Shown here: piece by piece, positions 1 to 6,868 of the stretch
Layout: every line of letters starts with the position of its first letter
Numbering within the stretch: position 1 is the stretch's first letter
From: a virus
Direction: 5' to 3' (one strand)
IMG/VR virus record: IMGVR_UViG_3300027702_000001
DNA length: 64,000 bases
Program-made: the position numbers and the translations under genes
The notes under the pieces: model-generated
What the model was told of the DNA's origin: nothing
What the model saw: only the letters and a program-made list of their open reading frames with translations
The model's database searches: none

Positions 1-55
1 TGTCTCCGTTAACAACATCCCTCAAATAACTGAGGTCTCTCTTACTGATAGGCAT
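1..55 (-). CDS. hypothetical protein, 5' part only (MPISKRDLSYLRDVVNGD...), runs off window
   Basis: Manual translation; ATG at 55 preceded by GAGGT SD-like sequence; open to position 1. Confidence 0.5.
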   Translation of the reverse strand, partial: MPISKRDLSYLRDVVNGD

Positions 56-96
56 AATGCTACCTCGTACTACTAGACTGTAATCCCCGAAGGGAA

Positions 97-170
97 CGGG
101 TCAGGCAGGATTCGAACCTGCGACCGACTGCTTAGAAGGCAGTTGCACTAATCCACTGTGCTACTGACCC
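97..170 (-). tRNA. tRNA-Arg (anticodon TCT), CCA not encoded
   Basis: Acceptor GGGTCAG/CTGACCC, anticodon arm ACTGC-CTTCTAA-GCAGT, T-loop GGTTCGAATCC. Confidence 0.93.
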
Positions 171-177
171 ATCTTCG

Positions 178-336
178 CTACTGTTTTTGTAGTTGAGCAA
201 TACGCTCTGCGATAATCTCCGCTTTGAGTAGTTCGTTTTCTGCTAGATGTTCGTGCATCTTGTCAATCAAAACCTCAAGTGTAGATGTGAGAAATTGATT
301 GTCAGAATCGTAATCATCCGTTTTAAAGGAGGACAT
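178..336 (-). CDS. hypothetical coiled-coil protein (about 52 aa, MSSFKTDD...)
   Basis: ORF track 178..363; start moved to ATG 336 because a promoter -10 sits at 364-369. Confidence 0.6.
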   Translation of the reverse strand: MSSFKTDDYDSDNQFLTSTLEVLIDKMHEHLAENELLKAEIIAERIAQLQKQ

Positions 337-363
337 TGTTCTTGCCTTCGAACTACAGAGCAT

Positions 364-392
364 ACTATATATCAGGTTTCGTCTGAAGTCAA
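364..392 (-). promoter_or_regulatory. sigma70-type promoter TTGACT-17-TATAGT
   Basis: Near-consensus hexamers with 17-nt spacer upstream of the small ORF and tRNA. Confidence 0.7.
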
Positions 393-848
393 GGGGTGCG
401 GGAAGTAATCTTTCCTGTAGTACCTGCCTAGAATGTTGGAGTTGTAGAACGCAGGTCTTTTTGATCCGTCAGACTCTGTGAGGACACCGTTGATGAAGAG
501 TTGCTTTGTCTCTTCATAGTTTGTTTTACCTGGCGTAAGGTGTAGGGAGAGTATTTCTCTTTTGAATGCTCCACGTCCGAGGAGTTTAATATCTTCAGTA
601 AGTTCAGGACAACTGCCGTAGTATTTTTTCCAGTCGCTTTCAGTTGTAACTCTCCTAGTCTTACCTCTAGGTTTTCTTTTTGACCAGAAATATTTCCGTC
701 CGATATATTGCTTGCCACTTTGAAGGTTTGTAATCCGATAGACAAAACCGAAATAAGGGTCAATGTTCTCAGATAGAAAAGGGGTTCCTTCAAATATCCA
801 GGGGTTCTCATAGTCAATCGCAGATCCCGTCTTCGTCGTTGATGTCAC
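372..848 (-). CDS. GIY-YIG family nuclease (start uncertain)
   Basis: GFVYRITNLQSGKQYIGRK motif, later SDWKKYYGS and FYNSNI; track start is a GTG overlapping the upstream ORF. Confidence 0.8.
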   Translation of the reverse strand: MTSTTKTGSAIDYENPWIFEGTPFLSENIDPYFGFVYRITNLQSGKQYIGRKYFWSKRKPRGKTRRVTTESDWKKYYGSCPELTEDIKLLGRGAFKREILSLHLTPGKTNYEETKQLFINGVLTESDGSKRPAFYNSNILGRYYRKDYFPHPLTSDET

Positions 849-981
849 GATAGGTTGTAACTCTGTCAGTATCCGAACTACTTATACGGAATGCAGATGT
901 ATCGGAATAGACTTCAGACTTTAGTTCTGCTAGTGCTATCTCAATGTCGTGGATGAGTGTCTTTAGATTTTTCTTTTGCAT
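814..981 (-). CDS. hypothetical protein, 55 aa (MQKKNLKTLIHDIEIALAELKSEVYSD...)
   Basis: Manual translation; TAAATG junction with upstream micro-ORF; resembles small conserved cyanophage proteins as recalled. Confidence 0.65.
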   Translation of the reverse strand: MQKKNLKTLIHDIEIALAELKSEVYSDTSAFRISSSDTDRVTTYRDINDEDGICD

Positions 982-1062
982 TTAGGTAGGTCCTGTTGTA
1001 ATCCCCCAGTAACATAACAAGGAGATGGATGAGAATAAAGCAATTGCTTTGACGTAAATCAT
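982..1062 (-). CDS. 26-aa hydrophobic microprotein (MIYVKAIALFSSISLLCYWGITTGPT)
   Basis: ATGA overlap with upstream stop and TAAATG with downstream start; exactly fills the gap. Confidence 0.55.
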   Translation of the reverse strand: MIYVKAIALFSSISLLCYWGITTGPT

Positions 1063-1229
1063 TGATTCACTTCTTCGGGTGTTCCTATCATATCAAACTT
1101 TGTGATTCCGTGGTCCATTTTGAGGATACGCTCAATATGTCCCTTCACTTCCCAAGGAAACTTCGTCTCCGCTTCTACGAAAACTTCACCAACATCAGGG
1201 ATGTTTACTTTTTGCTTCCAGAGTTTCAT
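1059..1229 (-). CDS. hypothetical protein, 56 aa (MKLWKQKVNIPDVGEVFVEAETKFPW...)
   Basis: Manual translation; ATGA overlap with the talC stop. Confidence 0.6.
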   Translation of the reverse strand: MKLWKQKVNIPDVGEVFVEAETKFPWEVKGHIERILKMDHGITKFDMIGTPEEVNQ

Positions 1230-1894
1230 TCGTCAACGTGCAATTGTTCTTGTAGTTGTGCCCAGTCTTTTTCAAATCTTTCTAGACCATTGTCTGTCAA
1301 GATATGGTTGTACATTTTATTGAACACTTGATATGGCATAGTCACAATGTCTGCTCCTGCATCAAAACAACGTGCGACTTGGTGCACTTCGCGTACAGAT
1401 GCAGCAAGGATCTCTGTCTCTACATCGTGCATACGATAGACTCTAGAGATTGCTTGGACTAGTGATATACCTGAGAAAGAATTGTCATTCAGTCTGCCAA
1501 CAAAAGGAGACATCATAGATGCTCCTGCCTTTGCAGCGAGGATTGCTTGTGAGACTGAGAAGATTAGGGTTACGTTGGTACTGATACCATCGGAGGAGAG
1601 ATCACCACAGGCAATCAGTCCCTCCCTTGTACAGGGAAGTTTAACTGTGATGTTGGGGGCAATACTATAGTATTCATTTGCTGCTTCAAGCATTTCTTCT
1701 GCTGTATCGCCCATAACTTCTGCAGAGATTGAAGCATCCCAAGAAAAAAGATCACTGATTTCTTGGATCACGTCTCTAGGTTTCCTACCTGCCTTCAACA
1801 TAAGAGAAGGGTTAGTAGTTACACCATCAATGAGACCAGTTTCCATTGCGTGATGGATAAGTTCGGGGTCCGAACAATCTAGAAAGATTTTCAT
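1226..1894 (-). CDS. talC: transaldolase (TalC/FSA-type), auxiliary metabolic gene
   Basis: KIFLD, GVTTNPSL, catalytic ITVKLP, TNVTLIFS, SPFVGRL, LAASVR motifs. Confidence 0.96.
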   Translation of the reverse strand: MKIFLDCSDPELIHHAMETGLIDGVTTNPSLMLKAGRKPRDVIQEISDLFSWDASISAEVMGDTAEEMLEAANEYYSIAPNITVKLPCTREGLIACGDLSSDGISTNVTLIFSVSQAILAAKAGASMMSPFVGRLNDNSFSGISLVQAISRVYRMHDVETEILAASVREVHQVARCFDAGADIVTMPYQVFNKMYNHILTDNGLERFEKDWAQLQEQLHVDE

Positions 1895-1936
1895 TCGGGT
1901 AGTACCTTATTATGTTAATATTATATATCCTAGCAT

Positions 1937-1961
1937 AAAAAAACACCCTTGAAAAGGGTGT
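1937..1961 (-). terminator. intrinsic terminator closing the riboswitch micro-operon
   Basis: CACCCTT-TTC-AAGGGTG hairpin followed by a T-run on the minus strand. Confidence 0.75.
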
Positions 1962-1974
1962 GCGTTTCACGAAG

Positions 1975-2133
1975 TTATTTGACCGAAGTGTTTTGATTGA
2001 ATGACAAGTTTAACTTTACCCATTTGGCATAGTACACTCCCCGATAGCAAAGAAAGGCGAATACCTTTTCGGGGTTGTGCTTCTCCTCGTCATACTCTGG
2101 CAACCCATAATCTATTGAGATCTTGAGTCGCAC
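1975..2133 (-). CDS. 52-aa microprotein with YRGVxY motif (MRLKISIDYGLPEYDEEKHNPEKVFAFLCYRGVYYAKW...)
   Basis: Manual translation, GTG start 4 nt after the upstream stop; shares the YRG motif with the DUF4278-like peptide. Confidence 0.7.
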   Translation of the reverse strand: MRLKISIDYGLPEYDEEKHNPEKVFAFLCYRGVYYAKWVKLNLSFNQNTSVK

Positions 2134-2137
2134 GGTC

Positions 2138-2245
2138 CTAACCCCACTGGTGCAAGAATTTTACTTCTGCATAGATTAAGGTTAGGAACGTGGCAGACCC
2201 CAATGTTATGAGTCCCACCACCATTATCGGCGATGATAGATCCAT
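2138..2245 (-). CDS. 35-aa single-pass membrane microprotein (MDLSSPIMVVGLITLGSATFLTLIYAEVKFLHQWG)
   Basis: Manual translation; starts 1 nt after the upstream stop; about 20-aa hydrophobic stretch. Confidence 0.65.
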   Translation of the reverse strand: MDLSSPIMVVGLITLGSATFLTLIYAEVKFLHQWG

Positions 2246-2246
2246 C

Positions 2247-2390
2247 TTAACTCTTTGATGCGAACTTGCGTTCAACTTTGATGCCTCTGTACATCAACTC
2301 GTAGTTACGGTTTGATGATGCTTCGGCAAGTACCTTTGCTTTGTACTCTTTTGCGTTATACTTAACGCCTCTGTAAGTGATTAGTTCCAT
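2247..2390 (-). CDS. DUF4278-like peptide, 47 aa (MELITYRGVKYNAKEYKAKVLAEASSNRNYELMYRGIKVERKFASKS)
   Basis: Two YRG(V/I)K motifs; AGGAG SD; directly downstream of a Downstream-peptide-like aptamer, the known context of this family. Confidence 0.8.
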   Translation of the reverse strand: MELITYRGVKYNAKEYKAKVLAEASSNRNYELMYRGIKVERKFASKS

Positions 2391-2423
2391 TGAATTACTC
2401 CTAAAGTAGTTGGATTTTTAGGT

Positions 2424-2488
2424 CCGTTCCTTTAGTCGTTTGCGTCCCACGGACATTGAGGAGTTGCCTCCTTAATGGTTTGAACGAT
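2424..2488 (-). ncRNA. glutamine-II (Downstream-peptide)-like riboswitch aptamer, copy 2
   Basis: ATCGTTCA...GACGCAAACGACTAAAGGAACGG; P1 CGTTC/GAACG; P2 CATT-AGGAG-GCAA-CTCCT-AATG; family recognised from recalled consensus. Confidence 0.8.
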
Positions 2489-2602
2489 CTCAACCTTTAC
2501 CTGTTCAGATAATTGTTCGTGCTTAGCGACTCTACCTAACAGTACAGCAGCATCTACACAATGGAGATCTGAATACGCTAAAAGCATTAGATGCATTAAC
2601 AT
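2432..2602 (-). CDS. 56-aa microprotein ending ...EATPQCPWDAND, 3' end overlapping aptamer 2
   Basis: Manual translation, uninterrupted frame; TAA lies inside the aptamer core. Confidence 0.7.
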   Translation of the reverse strand: MLMHLMLLAYSDLHCVDAAVLLGRVAKHEQLSEQVKVEIVQTIKEATPQCPWDAND

Positions 2603-2632
2603 AATTTTGGTCCAAACATAGGGATGAACGCT

Positions 2633-2674
2633 CCGTTCCGCGACTTACTTGCGTCTCTTGCGAGATGAACGTAT
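2633..2674 (-). ncRNA. glutamine-II (Downstream-peptide)-like riboswitch aptamer, copy 1
   Basis: ATACGTTCATCTCGCAAGAGACGCAAGTAAGTCGCGGAACGG; P1 CGTTC/GAACG; P2 TCTC-GCAA-GAGA; begins a few nt after a -10 box. Confidence 0.8.
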
Positions 2675-2678
2675 GGAT

Positions 2679-2707
2679 ATGATAACATATCCTGTATTAT
2701 TTAGCAA
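2679..2707 (-). promoter_or_regulatory. sigma70-type promoter TTGCTA-17-TATCAT with extended -10 TG; overlaps a late-type CTAAATA
   Basis: Sequence TTGCTAAATAATACAGGATATGTTATCAT directly 5' of aptamer 1. Confidence 0.7.
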
Positions 2708-2758
2708 TGTTTTTCTTTTTGTAACGTTTCCTTTTGGTACGGTACTGTTGCTGAGTTC

Positions 2759-3388
2759 CTATGCCTTTATCTCGTTTAAGATCCCGCTTAAGTTGCCTGA
2801 GGAACTTAAGATGTAGTTTAAATTGATTATGCATCGATAGTCATTGTACTGCGGATTACTGCTCGCGTGAAAATTGTGACCATCAAAGATAACAAACCTT
2901 CCTTGACGTGGTTCGATCTTAGTTTTCATCGTCAGTTTTTTACGTGATCCATCATACGTTTCATTGAAGAAGAACGTAGGACCATCCGAGTCATTCACAT
3001 AATACAACAACGTCATATGTGGAAAATCATAATCCACGTGTGGTGTATGGTATAAATGCTTTGACTCTTTTCTAGTTAATAGATTAATTTTGATACGTCT
3101 GAACTTTTCAAAGTCTCCAAGTTCATCGGAAAAGTTTTCAGATATATGTTTCCACAAAGGTTCGACAACAATATCCCAAGCGTGTTGGGAAGAGATCTCT
3201 CCTTGATTGTTTACTACTGTGTGTTGAAACTGAGGATCCTCCCCCGACATTTCATCGGGGATAGAATCATTGAACTTAGGATCATACCCAGTTGTTTCAG
3301 TAATCATATACCAAGGCCAATAAGGACTATTCAATAGTCTTGCCTTGATGGGTTCCGACACAGAGGTCGGGACTTCACCAATAAACAT
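2759..3388 (-). CDS. 2OG-Fe(II) oxygenase family protein
   Basis: HVD...H iron triad (HTPHVD, FHASS) and terminal RxxIN motif. Confidence 0.85.
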   Translation of the reverse strand: MFIGEVPTSVSEPIKARLLNSPYWPWYMITETTGYDPKFNDSIPDEMSGEDPQFQHTVVNNQGEISSQHAWDIVVEPLWKHISENFSDELGDFEKFRRIKINLLTRKESKHLYHTPHVDYDFPHMTLLYYVNDSDGPTFFFNETYDGSRKKLTMKTKIEPRQGRFVIFDGHNFHASSNPQYNDYRCIINLNYILSSSGNLSGILNEIKA

Positions 3389-3390
3389 AA

Positions 3391-4584
3391 TTAAAGTTTG
3401 AATCCAGAGAATGTATCTTTTTTAATGTCTTGTTTGATTGCTCCTACAACATAGGATTCGATCTCAGTTTCCTGTGGTGCATTCTGTTGACCTTTAGAGT
3501 TCAACCAATGATTTGTCCAAGGAAGTGGATTGTTTCTAGCAGGAATATCGTAGATAGGATCGATACCGATTGCCTTCATCCTACGATTAGCAGTCCACTC
3601 AACATATTGTCCAAGAAGTTTAGCATTGAGTCCGATCATAGAACCATCTCTGAACAGATACTCTGCCCAATCCTTCTCTTCTTCTACACAACGTTGGAAC
3701 ATTTCCAAAACGTTCTGCTTTTCTTCTTTGATGATGTCGATCATATCAGGATCATCACCTTCCTTCCACTTGTTCAAAATATTCTGAGTAAGTACAAGGT
3801 GCTGTGACTCATCGCGTGCGATAAGTGAAATGATCTTAGCAGATCCTTCCATCTTTTTAAGTTCACCGAATCCAAAAGAGCAAGCGAATGAAACATAGAA
3901 GCGAATACCCTCAAGGATATTCACATTCATAACTGCTCGATAGAGTCTACGCTTGAGTTCTTTCTTCTCCCAGAATGCAGAAGGAGAATCTTTCCAGTCT
4001 TTCTTCCACCAATTACCTTGACCCCATTCCTGAGCGTAGTTGATAAACTCATCGTATGCTGAAGTAACACTTGAAGCACGTGCGATGATCTTCTCGTCAT
4101 CAAGAATAGTATCAAAAATCTCCTCAGGGTTTGCATAAACATTTTTGATAATGTATGTATAGGAACGACTATGGATCATCTCCATAAACTCCCAAGCGAT
4201 CATCGCAGACTCAAGTTCAGGTAGTGAGCAATATGGAATGAATGCCATCCCAGGACCACGACCTTGTACAGAGTCCAAGAGGATCTGGTACCGTAGATTG
4301 CTCGTAAAGATGTGCTTCTGTGCATCAGATAACTCTTGAAAGTCAGAGCGATCCTTCTGGAGAGATACCTCTTCGGGTCTCCAAAAGAATCCTAATTGTG
4401 AATTGGTTAGTCTATCAAAGACAGGATACTTAGCACCATCATACCTCTGGACCCCAAGAGGTTGTCCGAAGAACATTGGTTGCTTCTTTGTATCGTGTTT
4501 TGATTTATTAAATACTGTAATTTTGTCGATGCCTGTTTTCTGGTTGGGATCTCCGTCGGAGATTTTAAACTTTGCAACTGTCAC
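3391..4584 (-). CDS. nrdB: ribonucleotide reductase class Ia beta subunit
   Basis: FFWRPEEV, EMIHSRSY, ILEGIRFY, RDESQH di-iron motifs; C-terminal QETEIESY. Confidence 0.97.
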   Translation of the reverse strand: MTVAKFKISDGDPNQKTGIDKITVFNKSKHDTKKQPMFFGQPLGVQRYDGAKYPVFDRLTNSQLGFFWRPEEVSLQKDRSDFQELSDAQKHIFTSNLRYQILLDSVQGRGPGMAFIPYCSLPELESAMIAWEFMEMIHSRSYTYIIKNVYANPEEIFDTILDDEKIIARASSVTSAYDEFINYAQEWGQGNWWKKDWKDSPSAFWEKKELKRRLYRAVMNVNILEGIRFYVSFACSFGFGELKKMEGSAKIISLIARDESQHLVLTQNILNKWKEGDDPDMIDIIKEEKQNVLEMFQRCVEEEKDWAEYLFRDGSMIGLNAKLLGQYVEWTANRRMKAIGIDPIYDIPARNNPLPWTNHWLNSKGQQNAPQETEIESYVVGAIKQDIKKDTFSGFKL

Positions 4585-6868
4585 AGTCTTCCTCTGCCTC
4601 CAATAGTTCGTTTACTAGTTGATCTACGTTGTTTGTAATTTGTACTGTTGGTTCTTCCTCACCATCTTTCTTATTGTCATAAGTGTTCTGGTAGTAGGAT
4701 GTTTTCCAACCGTATTTGTATGTGTTCAATAGGTCCATTGCCATAACGGAAGAGGGTACTTCGTTATCGGGATAATTTCCTGGATTATAACTCCAGTTGC
4801 CACTGATTGCTTGGTCGAAGAACTTTTGCATCACAGCGACGATTTTAATATAACCTTCATTAGAAGGCATCTCCCATAGGAGAGTGTACTTATTTTTCAA
4901 GTACGGAAAACCTGGAACAATCTGCTTAAGAGGTCCCTTCTTTGATTTTTTAATGGACAGGTAGTCTCTAGGTGGTTCGATTCCATTGGTTGCATTTGAC
5001 ACAACGGAACTGCTCTCTGAAGGCATCTGTGCGGACAGAGTGCTGTGCCTGAGTCCGAACTGTTTGATAGATTCCCTAAGACTATTCCAATCATATTCGA
5101 GTTCTACGTTAGAGATTTCATCTACTTCACTCTTATATGTATCGATAGGAAGAATTCCATCGGCATACTTTGTGTGTTGGAAACCTTCACAAGCACCCTT
5201 CTCCATAGCGATAGCATTGGATGCCTTAAGTAGATTGAATTGGAACGACTCAGATAGTTTATGAACTAGATCCCAAGCACCTTGATCAGAATAATTATAA
5301 CCATTCTTAGCAAGGTAATGTGCTAGTCCAATGTAACCAACACCAAGTGATCTACGTGCAAGAGTAGAACGTTCTGCTGCCTTAACAGGATACTTCTGAT
5401 AGTCAATTAGTTCTTCAAGACCACGTACTGCAAGGTCACATAGTTCCTCCATCTCATTGAGGTTACGAAGTTTACCTACGTTGATAGCAGAGAGGATGCA
5501 CAATGCAATCTCACCACCATCATCATCAATGTGAGAGATAGGATCTGTAGGAAGAGTGATCTCCTGACAGAGGTTACTCATATTCACCTTATCCTTAAAG
5601 GAAGAGTGAGAGTTACAGTGATCGATATTCATAATGTAAATACGACCTGTCTCTGCTCTCTCTTTCAATAGGGAGAGGACAATTTGCGATGCATCAACGG
5701 TGCGTCTAGCAATTTTTTCGTCCTGTTCGTACTTCTCATAGAGAGCATCGAAATCATCAGTCCCAAAAGCATCATATAGACCAGGGACATCGTGAGGACT
5801 GAATAAAGAGATCGTTTCATTCTGAATGAATCTTTCATAGAACAGTTTACTGATCTGAATACTATAGTCAAGTTTTCTTACACGGTTATCTTCGGTACCC
5901 TTGTTGTTTTTAAGAACAAGAATATCTTCTATTTCTTGGTGCCAGATAGGAAAGTGAACTGTAGCAGAACCACCTCTGATACCGTTTTGCGTGCAGCAAC
6001 GTACAGTTGATTCAAACTTTTTGAGGAAGGGGACCACACCTGTGTGTTGTACCTCTCCACCTCTGATTTTAGAGTTGATGCCACGGATTCTACCTGCGTT
6101 GATGCCGATTCCAGCACGTTGTGCGACGTATTTACCAATAGCCATATCACTGCTAAAGATACCATCGAGGGTGTCATCAACATCAACGAGAACACAAGAT
6201 GCAAATTGACGAAGTGTTGTCCGAACTCCCGCGAGCACTGGCGTTGGGAGGTTGATTTTTCCTTTGGAGGTTGCTGTGTAGTAGCGTTGTACATACTCTA
6301 GTCGAGAATTTTTTGGGTAGTCTTGAAAGAGTGTTGCCGCAACCATAATGTACATATACTGGGGTGTCTCATAAAGAACTCCAGTGCTTCTATCCTGTAC
6401 CAGATACTTATCTACGATTTGTCTCAACCCTGCAAAGGTGAAACCCATACAGCGTTCGTGATCAATATAACTATTCAGACAATCCCACTCTATAGGACTA
6501 TACTTATTTAGGATACTACCATCATATACTCCTGCGTCTACACAGCGTTGTACGTGGTCTTGGAGGTGTGGGTAACCAATCTCGTCTGCCCACTCTGGAA
6601 AGACCTGCTTGCGTACGTTAAACAGAAGGAGACGTGCTGCTACATATTGATAATTTGGAGCGTCTAAATCGATTAGATCGCTTGCTGAGCGAATAAGAAT
6701 ATCTTGGATTTCTGATGTCTTGATGCCATCAAAGAACTGTAGGTTGGCATTCATCTCAACTTGTGATTCACTTACACCAGTGAGACCATCACACGCTAAC
6801 TCAACCATCTTATGTACCTTGTCAAGGTTGAGAGGGACGGCGGTACCGTCTCTTTTAATTACGTTCAT
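4565..6868 (-). CDS. nrdA: ribonucleotide reductase class Ia alpha subunit
   Basis: N-terminal ATP-cone (VIKRDG), QFASC, SNLCQEI, TSYY; start set at MNVIKRDG (track start 6880). Confidence 0.97.
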   Translation of the reverse strand: MNVIKRDGTAVPLNLDKVHKMVELACDGLTGVSESQVEMNANLQFFDGIKTSEIQDILIRSASDLIDLDAPNYQYVAARLLLFNVRKQVFPEWADEIGYPHLQDHVQRCVDAGVYDGSILNKYSPIEWDCLNSYIDHERCMGFTFAGLRQIVDKYLVQDRSTGVLYETPQYMYIMVAATLFQDYPKNSRLEYVQRYYTATSKGKINLPTPVLAGVRTTLRQFASCVLVDVDDTLDGIFSSDMAIGKYVAQRAGIGINAGRIRGINSKIRGGEVQHTGVVPFLKKFESTVRCCTQNGIRGGSATVHFPIWHQEIEDILVLKNNKGTEDNRVRKLDYSIQISKLFYERFIQNETISLFSPHDVPGLYDAFGTDDFDALYEKYEQDEKIARRTVDASQIVLSLLKERAETGRIYIMNIDHCNSHSSFKDKVNMSNLCQEITLPTDPISHIDDDGGEIALCILSAINVGKLRNLNEMEELCDLAVRGLEELIDYQKYPVKAAERSTLARRSLGVGYIGLAHYLAKNGYNYSDQGAWDLVHKLSESFQFNLLKASNAIAMEKGACEGFQHTKYADGILPIDTYKSEVDEISNVELEYDWNSLRESIKQFGLRHSTLSAQMPSESSSVVSNATNGIEPPRDYLSIKKSKKGPLKQIVPGFPYLKNKYTLLWEMPSNEGYIKIVAVMQKFFDQAISGNWSYNPGNYPDNEVPSSVMAMDLLNTYKYGWKTSYYQNTYDNKKDGEEEPTVQITNNVDQLVNELLEAEEDCDSCKV

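Noticed and set aside
83-96. UUCG hairpin after the tRNA as an intrinsic terminator
   Set aside because: Only a 4-5 bp stem with no U-tract; more likely a processing or stability hairpin
372-848. GIY-YIG gene as a mobile homing element next to a tRNA
   Set aside because: Short single-domain protein without an evident DNA-binding extension, embedded in a coupled operon; no evidence of mobility, so it is kept as a CDS only
2710-2750. NtcA box upstream of the riboswitch operon (and GTATCATATGTAC at 25815-25827)
   Set aside because: Neither site has the GTA-N8-TAC spacing (N14 and N7 respectively)
3391-6868. Possible introns/inteins or homing endonucleases in nrdA/nrdB (also gp43, gp41, gp17)
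   Set aside because: All are continuous ORFs of normal length with no intein or intron signatures
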